Positions 1-21,909 of a stretch of DNA of 64,000 nt are shown here, one piece after another. The notes under the pieces are model-generated. The model ran no database searches. It saw only the letters and a program-made list of their open reading frames with translations, and was not told the DNA's origin. Position 1 is the stretch's first letter. Every line of letters begins with the position of its first letter. The translations under genes were made by a program, and so were the position numbers. The DNA is from the human T2T-CHM13v2.0 reference genome, Homo sapiens, in NCBI RefSeq assembly GCF_009914755.1, contig NC_060931.1. One strand, written 5' to 3'.

Positions 1-78
1 AGAAGCGCCATGTGGCTGATGGCTACCGTACTGGATGGGGAAGAAGAATATTTCCATCACTGAATAAAGTTTTGGCCT
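1..78. mobile_element. MER3/MER33-like hAT DNA transposon fragment
   Basis: gccatgtggctgatggctaccgtactgga...tttccatcac resembles the recalled MER3 consensus. Confidence 0.55.
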
Positions 79-879
79 AGAACATATATGTAATGATACA
101 TGCTTCCAAATGTAATTTTAGATTAGATAATGCCATGAAGATATTAGAAATTATTTTGAAGGAAAAACATTTTTAAATTAGTCTAACAAGAATGAGAGTA
201 TCTGTGTTGTCCAATGCAAACATTATTCCACCAGCAAAGGTTATGACTGAGTACAGTGACTTTGGATGTGCCGACATTAGCTAACACCTCACGGTGCCCA
301 TTTTCTGAATGTATAGATCTGACCGCATGGAAATTCTGAAACTCCAGTTAAGGTTCACCGTGAGGGATGAATAAGTAGCAATTTCATGCATCCTGTTACT
401 ATTTAGCTTTCTATTCCCAAGGTTGTTTGTGTAAAGACCTCTTCCTCAGTGGAGACATTAGCACATAAATTACGCCACTGTTCTTGGTTGCATGGCATAA
501 AATAGAAACTTGCGAAAACGCAAACACATTTTTTTGGCAAACACATTTTCCTATTTTAAATATGGCTATCAAGGCAGAATTCCTTATTTAAATAAACAAT
601 TAGGATTCCTAACAGTGTGTTTACAAAGAGAAAATATTTTTAAATTGTTCCATCACCACTGGAGATATTAGCATGAATTAAGATTTTAGTCAGAATCAGT
701 TTGTTATCTCACTGAGGGTTCAAAAGGCAGAAGTGATGGTCCTTGCTCTCACAGTGCTAGAGGCAAGATGAAGAGAGAGGACAGACACACACATTAAAAA
801 CACAACAATCCAGGTTAGTGTCTGCATGGTGATGACTGATGGTCTACAACGTGGTTATTAATGTCCTATATGCTGTGAG

Positions 880-1140
880 GCACTATGGCCTAGGAGCTAA
901 ATACATGGGCTTTGGAAATGAGGGACTTGAGACTTGAATCCTGAGTTTTTCATCTTCCTTCTGTAGACTGAAACTCTATGAGTCAGAGGCCACATTTATA
1001 TTGTTTACTGTGCCTGGTGCATAGCAGCTAGTCAACAAATATTTATTCAATGAATGAATGAATTCATGAGTTAACATGTAATGTGCTCAAAGTACAGCAT
1101 ACTTTCTAAATCTTGGTATCAACAAATGGTAACTAGTGTT
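880..1140 (+). mobile_element. MIR fragment interrupted by an L2 3' end (~962-1064)
   Basis: MIR-like catgggctttgga...ttgaatcctg; L2 tail tgtgcctggtgcatag...aaatatttattcaatgaatgaatgaat. Confidence 0.55.
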
Positions 1141-1882
1141 ATTGTAAGTATCATAGTTATTGTCTAAGAGCCCAAACACATGGAGTGACTTCACAACTAT
1201 GGAAGCTCTGTCGGAAAACTTGAGAGGAACAAAGGATGGCTTGCTGAAAACTCACACTGGATTTACAAAACTCACGCAACAGAGGCAAGGATGCCGCAAC
1301 TGTCCTACGAGTCCCCAAGGACAGAGTTCCTGCTCCATGTGGTTGCCAGCCCAAGAGTTTCTAGAGTTCCTGTTTCCAGGATTCTCCCGCCCCATAAGGG
1401 GTTCCAGACTGGGGTGCAGAGCTAAGAACCCCTCAGTGGCTGCCAACTGCTTTGTGGAATGTGAGAGGATCAGAGAAAGGGCTCCATCTGGGGAGAAGGA
1501 AACAATCACGCTGGTATTAGATGGGAAAACTGACTGTGTACAGGTACAGCTGCAAAGACTTAGGGCTCAAACATAAGTAAAATACCTGAACATCCTAGTA
1601 GTTAGAAAAATAAACCCAGAATTGGAATGCGTCATGGGGATAGGGCTAAAGTTACCAAGGGATCATCCTCTCCTCACACTGGCCATTAGTCAGACTCTCT
1701 CGATCAGTTTGGCCTGAAGCCTTAAATGAATGCAGTGCATGGAGGCGGTCTGCAGGAGGCTCATTAGAATGACCTGGAAAAGAGCTCCTTAGCTCAAGGA
1801 AGTAGGATCAGTGAAGAAGGAGGTGGTAGGAGAGTAAGAAGCTGGGTCAGCGTCTACACTCTCGGGGGAGAAGTGTTCTTAC

Positions 1883-1984
1883 TTGTCAGCCAATTTGTAG
1901 CTCAGGTTTTCAGTCTGGCTGTGGCTGCCCTTGGCCGGCCTGCACACTGTCATCATGTCAGTACCGAGGGGAGTTCCAGGTCAC
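1883..1984 (-). other. DENND2A: Putative 102-bp second (5' UTR) exon of the minus-strand gene
   Basis: Minus strand: branch point CTCAC (2014-2010), pyrimidine tract catccctgtccccccAG|GTG, donor CAA|GTAAGA. Gene name is from recollection of locus layout only. Confidence 0.6.
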
Positions 1985-2216
1985 CTGGGGGGACAGGGAT
2001 GCACACCCAGTGAGCCATGACAGCAGGGCCTCCCTCAGAGGGGAGCAAATCTAGGGCCCACACTCCAAACTATTTATTCCTGATAGATTCCACCCAGGAG
2101 CAGGGGGTGGAAAGAACACACAATTCAGAATCCCAGGCCTAGCAAGTAAAGTGGGGGTGCAATCCCGATGTCCGCCCGGATTCAGAACTCATGCCAACCT
2201 CTTTGTATATATCTTT

Positions 2217-2517
2217 TTTGTTCATTTGTTTTTTTTGAGACAGGGTCTGGTTCTGTTGCCCAGGCTGGAATGCAGTGGCATGCTCTTGGCTCACCGCAAC
2301 CTGCGCCTCCTGGGCTCAAGTGATTCTCGTGCCTCAGCCTCCCCAGTAGCTGGGATTACAGGTGTGCACCACCACCCCGGCTAATGTTTGTATTTTTAGT
2401 AGAGACGGTTTTTCACCTTGTTGGCCAGGCTGGTCTTGAACTCCTGGCCTCAAGTGATCTGCCTGCCTTGGCCTTCCTAAGTGCTGGGATTACCGGAGTG
2501 AGCCACTGTGCCTGGCC
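2217..2517 (-). mobile_element. Alu, full length
   Basis: Alu consensus; TSD ctctttg(t/c)atatatcttt. Confidence 0.95.
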
Positions 2518-4559
2518 CTCTTTGCATATATCTTTTAGCTAAGGTCACCAAAAATTTTAAGAAAACATACAAACTTAGAAAGCAAAACATAAATAACAAC
2601 GAGACCCAGTGCTTTTTTAGGGTCTCTAAGAACCACTGTGATGAGCTAATAGTCCCCAAAGAAGAAAGTAGTTGCCCTTTTATTTGACACAAGACATAAA
2701 CCACACACCAAAGTGGAACTGTCTTCACAGGGATACTCTACCCTTCTGCGAACCCTGACACTGGGAGTTTAAACCCACACTGCCCTTGTCTGCAGAGCAC
2801 CCCATGGGGAGCCCCTCCCAGCTCCTCCAAACTGAGGAGGAAGAAACAGCCAGTCACGAGGTCATCTGTCTGGTCTAAGGAACACCAGGAGATGGTCTTG
2901 GCAAACCCAGGAATCCCACTGAGTTCCTTAAACCCCCCAAATAGCAAGGCCTGTGTGGATACCAAGGCAGCAGCCTCAGCTCAGAAGTAGCAGTTGAAGA
3001 CTCTGGTGCCTGGCCCCCATATAAACTGAAGTAACTGATTAAACTTCATTGCTTCATAGCAAGTCCTTCCAGAACTCTTTGGGAAGAAGTGTCTCCCAAC
3101 ATGAGCATAAATGGACATGGCTCAGGTGAAGGTGCTGACAAGATGGGGCCCATCAGAGAAGGCCAACAGGATGGGCCACGCAGTTCTTCTGTAAGGCATG
3201 AACACCAGCTGGTCTTCCCTAGTGGAGAGGAGCCACCTCCTTGACTAGAGCTCAAGGCATATCAAGATACTGGGTATTTACGTTACGTTTCCAGGGAAGC
3301 CCTCTCCCAACTCCTTCTTCAGTTTCCAGGATTCCTACCCTATTTCCCAGGATGGTTTCCCTGCTAGGTGATGGGATGGCTGCCTGATGTCCTGGCCTGG
3401 GCATCCTCTCCCTCCCGAGTAATCAAAGGGCAGAACTTCAAGACATGCAGATAGCTCTTGGGAACAAGGAGAGGAAGGGAGGAAGTCCAGAGAGAAAGAG
3501 AAAAAGAAAAGGAGAGTGCACATGGGTAACAAATGAACAAGAGGGAGGCTGGGGAACCATGAGCTGGGGGAGCAAGGAAGGGAACAGACACATCTGCCAA
3601 CTGTGTGTGTGTGGGTGGACAGGAGCATGGAGCTCTGGCCTGTCCATGGAGTTCAGCTGTTCCCCTATCCAGCAACTCAGCACCAGACATTGTGGGGCTT
3701 ATCTATGTTGTAACTGAGCCTACTTCTTTAAAGAAGCCAGGCCCCAGGGCTTGCCCATCCCGTCATGCAGGGTAGCCCTGAAAGGCCTTTCAGGGACAGG
3801 AAGGAACTCATTTTCCCTCTCACAAAGCTCTGCAGAGCTGAAAGCTTCTGGAGTCCCTCCACTTGGCTGGGCCCACAGACACTACTCTTCTGTCCGGCAT
3901 CTGGCAGAGGGCCCCAGTGGACGTCAGGGAGAACAGCCCCTCCCCACCACCGCCACCACCCTCCACACAGACCAAACCCACAAGAATCCAACCTTGTTCC
4001 ATATGAGCCAGCAGCTCTCTTCCAAGCTGGCTTCCCCTTTCACTGGCACTAGGACAAGGTGCCAGGCTGTGTGCAGGATGCACCGAAGGACTCAAAGATG
4101 AGTAAGAGTCTCTGCCGTCATCGAGAGCACCAGGGCTGTGCCTGGGTCACAATCAATCCTGTAACTCCCCCCATGCCCTCAAGAAAACAGTTTCCCTATA
4201 GTTCTCAGGAAGTACAGCTTTTCCAAAAGGAAAAAAGGCCACTGTGTCGAATGCACAGAGATGGATGTATGAACTTGGAGGTCAAAGATCACAAAAAGCA
4301 CTTAAATGACATGATACTTAAGTGAACTCACTTCCCATCAGGGAGTAATAACTTCCAGCATGAAAACCATGATCTCCAGAGAAATGGCTGATGCCATATA
4401 CTGAGAAGCAAGTGCAGGGGGCTTCAGAGGCTGGCACTGAGGGGGCATAGAACCCCCCTGAACACTCAGCAATCAGTCCACCAGCATTTCTGAATTCACA
4501 AAGATATTAAAAATGCTGCTGTAAAAAACTGACCTTTCCCTTTTTGTCTCTGATGATTA

Positions 4560-4955
<396 letters not shown>

Positions 4956-5400
4956 TTATAGTCTGGGATTGTGAGATAGAACCATTTTCCAAAGTGTGGT
5001 CCATGGGGGATCAGTTCCAGTCAACCTGGGGACCCTGTCAGACATGCAGATTCCTGGGCACCTCTTCGATGTACCAAGACGTACCAAAGCCAACAGTCTG
5101 AGGGCTGCTCTGGAATCTGCATTTAAATATGGTAAATCAAAGGTCGCAGAGGCCAATGTCCTGGCATGGGCATCTCTTGCTCGCAAGAAATCAAAGGGCT
5201 GGGCTTCATGACAGCTTGAGTTTTTACACAACCCAAGGTTCCTTATTTCTTTTTAGACAATTTGGTCTTGTGATCCAAGTAGACTATATTCCAAGAGAGA
5301 TAATGGTATGATTGATAGTAATAACACATTTTCCCACTCAACTGCTTTCCATAAAAATAGAACTTCCCATTAACCAGATGGGCTATTACTAATAATTTTA

Positions 5401-5723
<323 letters not shown>

Positions 5724-6023
5724 TTAGACTAAAAAGTCCTACAAAATTTTGAAGGTAGCTGATGAGTACACAAGAGTTCATATATTTTTTGTAGGCTTGA
5801 ACATTTCTGTAAGTTTCAGAAACTAAGTCCTATAAGTTGAAGAAAAATATTTTTAAAATTCTAACATCTATAGCTGATTATGTTTATCAACCCAGTCCAT
5901 AATCTAACCCTGTTGTTCTTCTTGCTGAAGTGAATACTGTAAAATCTTTTCTTGGCTCAAGAATTTTCTTTGGGCATTGACATCATGTTGACTGGAGGGT
6001 TCAGAAGTTAAGAAGCTGGGTGG

Positions 6024-6485
<462 letters not shown>

Positions 6486-7219
6486 GCCAGATGGGAGAGT
6501 CTCCCTCAATTTTTAATCCTGTTGGGTACTGCGGTCTACTCTCTTGGCCAGCTGATGCTGAGAGATCCTCTTACTCCCAATTACGTCTGTGAATTACCCT
6601 TAATTTTGAGAGAGAGAGAGATCAAGAGATCTCATAGTGAGATGCTTCTGATCAGCCTCAAAAGCCCAGACAACTTAATTGCTCCAGACTGACATTGCTA
6701 GATTTTATATATATATATGTATATAATTTTACAGTTCCTTCCAGGCTTATCTCTGAACACACTGTTTTTTGTTTTTTAAAGGGGCTTAGAATTCTAAAAT
6801 GTCAAGTCATTAATTACACAACAAATAGCTCTCAGAAAAAAGGTCAAGAATTTAAAACAGATATAAAGTGTTTTCCCACAAGTAGGAAGAGGAAATAAAC
6901 AAGATCAGGTCCCAAGGGCAGTTCTCACAGGAGCGGCTGTGGACCTGTGGCATTTGGAGGAGGACCAAGAGAAGCGGGCTATGCCTGAGGGGAGAGGAGC
7001 GGAGCCCTCAGGAGGACCCGGCAGCTCCTTTAGAATCCTGCTGGGCCTGCCCCATTGCTGTCTTTCTTCTGCTGCCATTTTTGGAATCCAGCAAAGGCAA
7101 TCTGGAAACACCAGCCTGGTGAAGCCAGCACAGCCTTAAGGGCTAGGAGCCCAGCAAGACATCAACTAGTGGCCTGAGGCCTGGCCTCTCGGACCGCTGC
7201 TTCTGATAACAGAGCACTG

Positions 7220-7383
7220 TTATTATTATTATTATTTTTTGAGACGAGTTTCACTCCTGTTGCCCAGGCTGGAGTGCAATGGCATGATCTCGGCTCACCG
7301 CCACTCCACCTCCCAGGTTCAAGCGATTCTGCCTCAGCCTCCCAAGTAGCTGGGATTACAGGCATGCGCCACCACAACTGGCC
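7220..7383 (-). mobile_element. Alu right-arm fragment
   Basis: Partial Alu with (TTA)n tail. Confidence 0.9.
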
Positions 7384-7426
7384 TCTCTTTAAATCTTAAA
7401 GCAAGAAGTGATTTAAATATAAAATG

Positions 7427-7730
7427 GGCTGGGTACAGTGGCCCACACCTGTAATCTCAGCACTTTGGGAGGCTGAGGCAGGAAGATGACTTGAGCCCAG
7501 GAGTTCAATACCAGCCTAGGCAACATTGCAAGAACCCATCTCTACAAAAAATAAAAAATAAAAAAATTGGCCAGGTGTGGTGGTGCACATCTGTAGCCCC
7601 AGCTACGCAGGAGGCTTAGGGGGAGGATCATTTGAGCCTGGGAGGTTGAGGCTGCAGCGAGCCTTGATTGCATCACTGCACTCCAGCCTACACAACAGAG
7701 CGAGACCCTGTCTCAAAATAAATAAATACA
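7427..7730 (+). mobile_element. AluJ-like
   Basis: Dimeric Alu. Confidence 0.95.
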
Positions 7731-7759
7731 TAAATATAAAATGAAATGTGGAAGCGTTG

Positions 7760-8482
<723 letters not shown>

Positions 8483-8682
8483 ATTATGTAAGTACAGTGT
8501 ATATTCCGTGAAAAAAATAAGATATATGCGCAGGGGAAGAGGTGGAGTGAGGAATAAAATCCACACAATTATAATTTCCAGTGCCCTTTACTGATCTAAA
8601 CTTGATTATGTTAGCTCTGAAGCATAAGTAAATATGTATTATATATAACTTGACACCAAAAGGATCATATTTGTTATACTAA

Positions 8683-9783
<1,101 letters not shown>

Positions 9784-9883
9784 AGTTTAGGCTACTCTGC
9801 CTATGGGGTAGCCCTGCTTTGCCTATGGAGCAGCCACCCTTAAAATTAAAAAAAAAAAACAAACAAAAAACTACAGCTTAGAT

Positions 9884-10692
9884 TGTGAAACAAAAATAAA
9901 ATCTCAGGACCTCCAACTCACTATGCCAAAAGGAAAATAACAGCTTAGGAACTGAGTCACACACAAAAAAACTGCCTTCCTTTTGTTCCACGACAGCTGT
10001 AATTTCACATGCTAACTTTATCTGGTGTCAAATGCAGACCAACTGAGAGCTGGATGAATGCACTACTGACTTTTCCCCATTCCCTTCTTTTCCCATGGAA
10101 AATGTGGATTCACTGAGCACCAATCAGAGCCTCATCAGAATGTGACCACTTGCCTCATCACCTACCCTTCTCCCCTTTTTTCTTTTCCTCCTTCCCCTCC
10201 TGCTCACTGTTTCCCTTTTAAACACTGAAGTCCTCAAAGCCTCTTTGGAAAAAGCACAGGAGACACAGATCTTTTTTATTTTTTTATTTTTTATTTTTTT
10301 GAGACAGAATCACTCTGTCACCCAGGCTGGAGTGCAGTGGCACAATCTTGGCTCACTGCAGCCTCTACCTCCTGGGCTCAAGTGATTCTTGTAACTCAGC
10401 CTCCTGAGCAGCTGGAATTAACAGGCGTGCACCAAGACATCCAGCTAATTTTTGTATTTTTAGTAGAGATGGGGTTTTGCCACCTTGCCTAGGCTGGTCT
10501 CGAACTCCTGGCCTCAAGTGATCCACCTGCCTTGGCCTTCCAAAATGCTGGAATTACAGGTGTGAGCCACCGCACCTGGCCAGGAGACAGATCTTACTGT
10601 GACTTGTGTTTCTTTTTCCCAGGGGTATCCTCAACCTGGGCAAAATAAACCTCTAAATTAATTGAGCTGCCTCAGTCATTTTTTGGTTTACA
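9884..10692 (+). mobile_element. ERV1 (MER4-group-like) solo LTR interrupted by an Alu
   Basis: TG...CA termini with inverted ends (tgtgaaacaaaa/ttttggtttaca), AATAAA near 10644, 4-bp TSD agat/ggat. Confidence 0.8.
10272..10580 (-). mobile_element. AluJ-like in the LTR
   Basis: TSD aggaga(ca)cagatctt. Confidence 0.95.
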
Positions 10693-11049
10693 GGATTGTA
10701 AATGATTACATATTCATAAAATTACATTTTAAATAGTTTTTGTGTTGCAAATAAGGCCATGGGCTATTCAGCTTTAATGATTCCAATATCTCTTAGTTTT
10801 ATCAGCTTATGAAGAGCAGGCAAAAAATAGAGAAGAAACCACAACAATTACAGTAGAACAAAAATAGCTGTTTTCTTGTCTGAGCATTCTTAGCAAACAT
10901 ATCTAGAAGTTATTTGTTTCCAAAAACAACTTGAGAAATAAAAGCACACAATCAATGTAATACAACTCTTGCTATGTCTAACTACATAGTGCAGCTCATT
11001 CTGGAGTCTTGATGCTTCATTTTCCTCATTTTCTTTAAACAAACAAAAA

Positions 11050-11343
<294 letters not shown>

Positions 11344-11709
11344 AATGAAAAGGTTTTAAAAAAATTAAAATGGGTTGCTCTAGGCCTATACATAACTTTA
11401 TTTATTTATCTGATTCGTTATATTTTCAAAAACAAACCAGTATTTTTGCATTTGGAAGAAGACAGAGGAATCTGAAACGGATGAGGAATAAGAGAAGCCA
11501 AAGGCTCTGTGCTGCCTCAGAACAACACCGGGGGACATATTTGGCAAAACTGCGGCCTGCACCCTTCTTGGACCAAATGCTTAAACTGTGCCTGCACAAA
11601 AGCACCGCACATCAAGTCCTTAGAGCACGACACCAGGTAGATGGAGGCAGTACCAAAGGCACAACTTCTCTGCTAACAACCAAAGTCTGCCCATTTCTAG
11701 GAGTTCTGC

Positions 11710-12030
11710 TTTTTTTTTTTTTTTTCTTTTTTGAGACGGAGCCTCGCTCTGTCGCCCAGGCCAGAGTGCAGTGGCACAATCTTGGCTGACTGCAGTCTCA
11801 ACCTTCCTGGTTCAAGCAATCCTGCCTCAGCCCCTCAGCTAGCTGTGACTGAGGCAAGAGCGCACCACCCTGTCCGGCTATTTTTTTTTTTTGTATTTTT
11901 TTGTAGAGATGGGGTTTTGGGGTTTTGCCACGTTGGCCAGGCTGGTCTTGAACTCCTGAGCTCAAGTGATCCACACACCTTGGCCTCCCAAAGTGCTAAG
12001 ATTACAGGTGTGAGTCACTGAACCCAGGCC
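11710..12030 (-). mobile_element. AluJ-like
   Basis: Alu consensus. Confidence 0.9.
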
Positions 12031-12051
12031 TACATATCATTTTTCTTATGC

Positions 12052-12805
<754 letters not shown>

Positions 12806-13034
12806 AATCGGCAGGGACAATTACTAAAAGTGAGGAGTCCTGGACCCACCCTAGACCAAACAAAGCTGACTACCAGAGTAGGATGTAGGAATTTATATTT
12901 GTAAGTTTCCCAAAGAGTTCACAGGCATAGTAATAAGAGTTGCTGGCCTAGAGTTGAATCATGGGGGCTATTTTCATGTCACTTGCATTGTCAGTCAGCA
13001 TCAGAAATACTCTATTTTGCCCTCTCCTTTGTAA

Positions 13035-13334
<300 letters not shown>

Positions 13335-13620
13335 TGTAAGGCAGTATTTTACTCCAGTAAATGCTTCTGTTTCAGAGCATCTTGGGAATCTGACGCAGGT
13401 GCTACCAGCACAAAGTGCGTGCACCTTTTCCTGGAACCCAGATGCTGATGCTTGGAGATGCTGCTCTGCTGATTCTTCCCTCCATGGCCTTCAATATCAA
13501 GGCTCCCCCGTACTCTAAAGGAGGCCTCAGGACCAGGAGCATCAACGGAGTAATTTCAGGAATTTCTGTCCTTATAAATACTCAGTCATTGACAATAATA
13601 CTTTCTTTTAACATCTTGAA

Positions 13621-14051
<431 letters not shown>

Positions 14052-14979
14052 TCATTCTCACTTTCATAAACCCGGGAAGGATTTTTTCACATCTGCAGAA
14101 CATTGTAACATATAGAGATGCATTTGGCTAGCTTAGTAGTTTAGAAACACACTTTGGACTTGACAATATTTGCAAATCATGCTTTTTACCATTCTCCAGA
14201 GGGTGAAAATAGAAGAAGTGCAATTTAGTGGCCATCTTGGATAGGAACACTAAATTACAGTGTGTAGAAAGACTCAGTGGCGTCAGTCCTCCAGAGTTAA
14301 TGCTCAATAACTGCCAGGGTCACCTCTCTGATCAAGGCTAGTATGAGTTTGCCATAAATCATTAAAGCATGAGTTATAAAAGTTATGAAATATGCTAATA
14401 CAGGTAAAATATGGTTTAATAGTCTGAATTCAGATAAATGTATTTTTTGAATAAAAAAGTACACTTCCTTTTGTTTCTTTTGTGTATTACAGATCGCCAA
14501 ACAGGGAAGAGTCAGGTTCCAACTTATTTCAACTTTCAAATATGTAAACTTGGTCTTCCTTCTCTCTGTTCTCAGGTAGGCCGGAAACCCAGCTAAGAAA
14601 CCCTTTTTGTTTCTCAGCTCTACAGAAATCAATGTTAGTGTTCCTATCATTTTTTTGTGATGAAGAAATTGAGCCTCAGGGAGTTAGGTCACATGTTTAA
14701 GCTCATACAATAACTCACAAGTAATGGGTCTATGTTTTGAATCCAAGTCTAGTGCTCCTTCGACAATATTCCCGTGGTCTCATATCTAATATAGACTAGA
14801 ACTAGACTCTAGCTCATCATTACGAATGTCTGTCTTGCTCACCTCTTCAAGATCAGCAACTGTTTTATACTTCTACACCATACCACACTTCAGAAACATT
14901 TGTTAATTAAGTGTGATGGGAGAAAGTTTTTTGGTGTGTTTGGATCTGTTTTTTTACGGTTGTATGATTATATATTTCC

Positions 14980-15274
14980 TTTTTTTTTTTCTTTTTCTGA
15001 GACGGAGTCTTGCTCTGTCGCTTAGGCTGGAGTGCAGTGGCACAATCTCACTGCAAGCTCTGCCTCCCGGGTTCACGCCATTCTCCTGCCTCAGCCTCCA
15101 GAGTAGCTGGGACTATAGGCGCCCGCCTCCACGCCCAGCTAATTTTTTGTATTTTTTGTAAAGATGGGTTTTCACTGTGTTGGCCAGGATGGTCTCGATC
15201 TCCTGACCTCGTGATCTGCCCGCCTCGGCCTCCCAAAGTGCTGGGATTACAGGCATGAGCCACCGCGCCCGGCC
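14980..15274 (-). mobile_element. AluY-like
   Basis: Y-type gcaagctc and gttcacgccattctcc; TSD tgattatatatttc. Confidence 0.95.
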
Positions 15275-15289
15275 TGATTATATATTTCT

Positions 15290-16080
<791 letters not shown>

Positions 16081-16087
16081 AATTTTA

Positions 16088-16405
<318 letters not shown>

Positions 16406-17073
16406 CTAGAAAGAAAAAAGAAGACTATTATTAAATGGAAAAAACGTTCCTGTTGTAATGTTAGCCAAAAGAAACAGAATCCAAAACCTTGTGTCCAAAA
16501 TGAATGAAACAATGTTTAAAAGGGGTGGGGGGGGGGAGGAGGAATTTATTACTATTCAAAACTGCACACAAAAGAAAATGACTGGAAGTAAATTTAATGA
16601 GGGAGTAACAGTAGTTGCCATTGGGTAAGAGACTTTGATTTTTTTTTTCCATTCTCTGACATCTATATTTCTAACAACAACCACCCCCCCACCAGATTTC
16701 CAAATTTTCTATTATAAGCATATATTATAATTGCTATTGCAAATACAGCAGGGGAGAGGGGGAATATAAACGCTGCTGTTGTCTGTGGGTGTCTGGGTCT
16801 GCCCTGCGGTGCCCAGCAAGTCCCACAGCTGCCTTGCAGCCACGACCACAGCTGCAGGGCATCCAGCTCAGGTGAGTTCATCACTCCGCACCGGTTTTGC
16901 TTTGCCATCATATCTCCTGAAGGGAAGGCTAAGTGATACTTTATTCTCATTAGCTCCTTTCCCTTAGAGATGACCAAGATTTAGATCCTGTTCTGCAGTA
17001 ACCACATCCCAGTACAGATGTTTCAATGGGTCCAAAGAGCGATTATGTGGAAACCAATGGCTAAAGGGAAATA

Positions 17074-17784
<711 letters not shown>

Positions 17785-18293
17785 TTATAGTCACGTAATT
17801 CATTCTTGCAACTAATATTTGTGCCTGCTTCTCTCAGGGAACAGAGTAAAACCTGGGAGAAATGTAAAATAGATTAATTTGCCCTCTGACAGTTTCCATT
17901 CTCATACAGGAAATAAGATGCACATGAATGTCTCCAATACAAAACACAGTCTGATAAGCAAAACAGGTGAAAGTGAATGCCACTTGTGGAAGAGCAGCCC
18001 TGAGTTGGGCTTGAAGATTGGGCTGAATTTCGTTTGGGGTACGTGGCTGGAAGGCACAGATATTTGCATAATCTCAGAATGACTAATATTTAAGGAAGCA
18101 CCAGCCACTGAATGAAAAGCAACACTGGCTCCATAAGGAGGAGACGCCCAAATGATTTTTAGGATTTCTTTGTAGGGGTCAAGCAACACACAAACCAAGG
18201 CAGAATCTGTGAACACAACTTGTGTAGACTTTCTGAAAGCTGTTGCCAAGATGATACCAGAAGCATAATGACCTTTAAATTTTTAAATTTTGT

Positions 18294-18652
<359 letters not shown>

Positions 18653-18890
18653 TTATCCAAATTCACCAAGTTTTCACAGCCCCTCCTCCTCAGACTTGTT
18701 AAAATGCTCTTTCGGAGGCTCAGCTTAAATGAGTGCTATCCAGCCATCAGGAGCCTTCAGTGCTCATGAGTATAAAAGAACACAGAATTTTACAACACCA
18801 GTGTACTGAAGTAAGCATGCCCAGGTCCAAGAGACAATTCAACCCCCGTCCCAGCCCCAACCGTCCACCAACCCTCTAGGGGGACACTGA

Positions 18891-19052
<162 letters not shown>

Positions 19053-19229
19053 TGATCGTTTTAAACACGAATCTGTATCCATATGGCTGGAGCTGAGTAA
19101 ACTTTGGCTGCTAAGTAAACTAAAGCCCCCATTAGGTTTGCCTCTAGCCTGGCCCAGGAAGTTTGGTGTGAACTGATCATTCTCTGCATTATGGAGGTCA
19201 CAAGAGCAGCCCTCAAGAAGTCCCTCTCC

Positions 19230-19512
19230 GGCTGGGTGTGGTGGCTCACGCCTGTAATCCCAGCACTTTGGGAGGCTGAGGCGGGCAGATTACCTGAACT
19301 CAGGAGTTCGAGACCAGTCTGGCCAAAATGGCAAAACCAAAATTAGCCAGGTGTGGTGGCGGGTGCCTACAATCCCAGCTACTTGGGAGACTGATGCAGA
19401 AGGATTGATTGAACCCGGGAGGCAGAGGTTGCAGTGAGCCAAGATCATGCCACCGCACTCCAGCCTGGGCGACACAGCGAGGCTCTATCTCCAAAAAAAA
19501 AAAAAAAAAAAA
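19230..19512 (+). mobile_element. AluS-like
   Basis: TSD aagtccct(c/t)tcc. Confidence 0.95.
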
Positions 19513-19624
19513 GTCCCTTTCCCTCCCAGAGGAGACTGTCATGACACTGAAGGTGCTAGGAACATCTTAGTAAGGCTGTAGTCAGGAGACCTAACCTTTC
19601 TGAGGACCTAAAGAGCGTATGGAG

Positions 19625-19978
<354 letters not shown>

Positions 19979-21010
19979 TCAAAAGGTGTATAATTTTCCT
20001 CCTCGCTTGCTTCCTTCCTTCCAATAAAACCCTACTGAAAAAACTCTGGCCTTATATTGACATGGATGAAGGAGAAATTTCTGTGGGAAATTAAAAATAA
20101 ATGGCAGGTATACCTTCTTCAGTTCTTGTTTGGATCTACAATCTAGCAGAAAGTCCATCTCACATCCCTATTTCCACACCTAACGCCCCGGCAGGGCCAT
20201 ATGTGAGTGAAAAACATTTACGAGAGGCTGCAGAGTCCGGATGAGCAGAAGGAGGAGCTGAGCTGACAGGAGGAATGGGATGATCGAATCCTTTTCCCAT
20301 CCCCTGGTCTATTTATAGAGTCATCTGCCTTCAGGAAATGCTGAGCCCCTTCTCCCAGGACCCTGTTGGGAGTGACGCCTGTGCTGGCTGACCCAGCCTT
20401 CCACATCCTCCTCCTGGCCTCAGCAGCTCTCCCCTTGTGATCCAGTGGGTTACTGGGAACCCAGCCTGTAAATGACAGTGCTTCTCAGAGGTCCCAGTCT
20501 AGTGAGGAAATTCAAGGAGGAAAGGCAAAACAACAACAACAACACAACAACAACAACAACAAACTTAATGATACTGGAAAAGCGCCTGGCACAGAGAGGC
20601 CCCTCAACACCAACACAGGGAGGGAACAGGTGGGACGCCAGGGCTGCAGGTGACAACACTGTGGCCCAGGGGGGTTTTGGCTCACCTAGCCTGTCACCTG
20701 GCCACATGGTGGCAGAGGTAGAAGCAGAACCCAGGGCTCCTGTTACCCTGTCTGGGGCTCATTCACCTCCTCACCCTCCTTTCCATTGCCTCAGGGGACT
20801 CAGGTTTCCATGGAGAAGCTGTCACAGGAGAACCTGGATCTGCTAGTTACACGTTCCATGTTCTTGAAGGCATTTCTTTTCCTTTTTTTTTTCTTAGCTG
20901 AAGAGCCACTTCTTCAGAAACCCAGAGAGATTTGTGAAGTTCGTGTTTCTGGTGATTGTTTTTTTTTTAGAAGTGAGAAATGTTCTTTGTTATTATTAGG
21001 CTGTTGAGAG

Positions 21011-21200
21011 ATTTTGTTTTTCTTTGTTTTTTTTTGTTTTTTTTTGTTTTTTTTTTTTTGCTTTTTGAGACAGCATCTCTCTCTGTTGCCAAGGCTGGAG
21101 CGCAGTGATGTGAATACAGCTTCGACCTTATGTCCAGCAATCTTCCTGCTTCTGCCTCCCAAGTAGCTGGAATGACAGGCGTGCACCACCACGCCCAGCC
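21011..21200 (-). mobile_element. Partial AluJ right arm
   Basis: Diverged Alu with long T-rich tail. Confidence 0.8.
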
Positions 21201-21272
21201 TGGAGATTTTTTAAAAAACAACAAAAAACAAAACACATTTGCCTTATAGCTACCAGATAACATTAGCCATGA

Positions 21273-21909
<637 letters not shown>

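Noticed and set aside
1160-1576. 138-aa plus-strand ORF
   Set aside because: Non-ATG start, no recognisable domain, antisense in an intron
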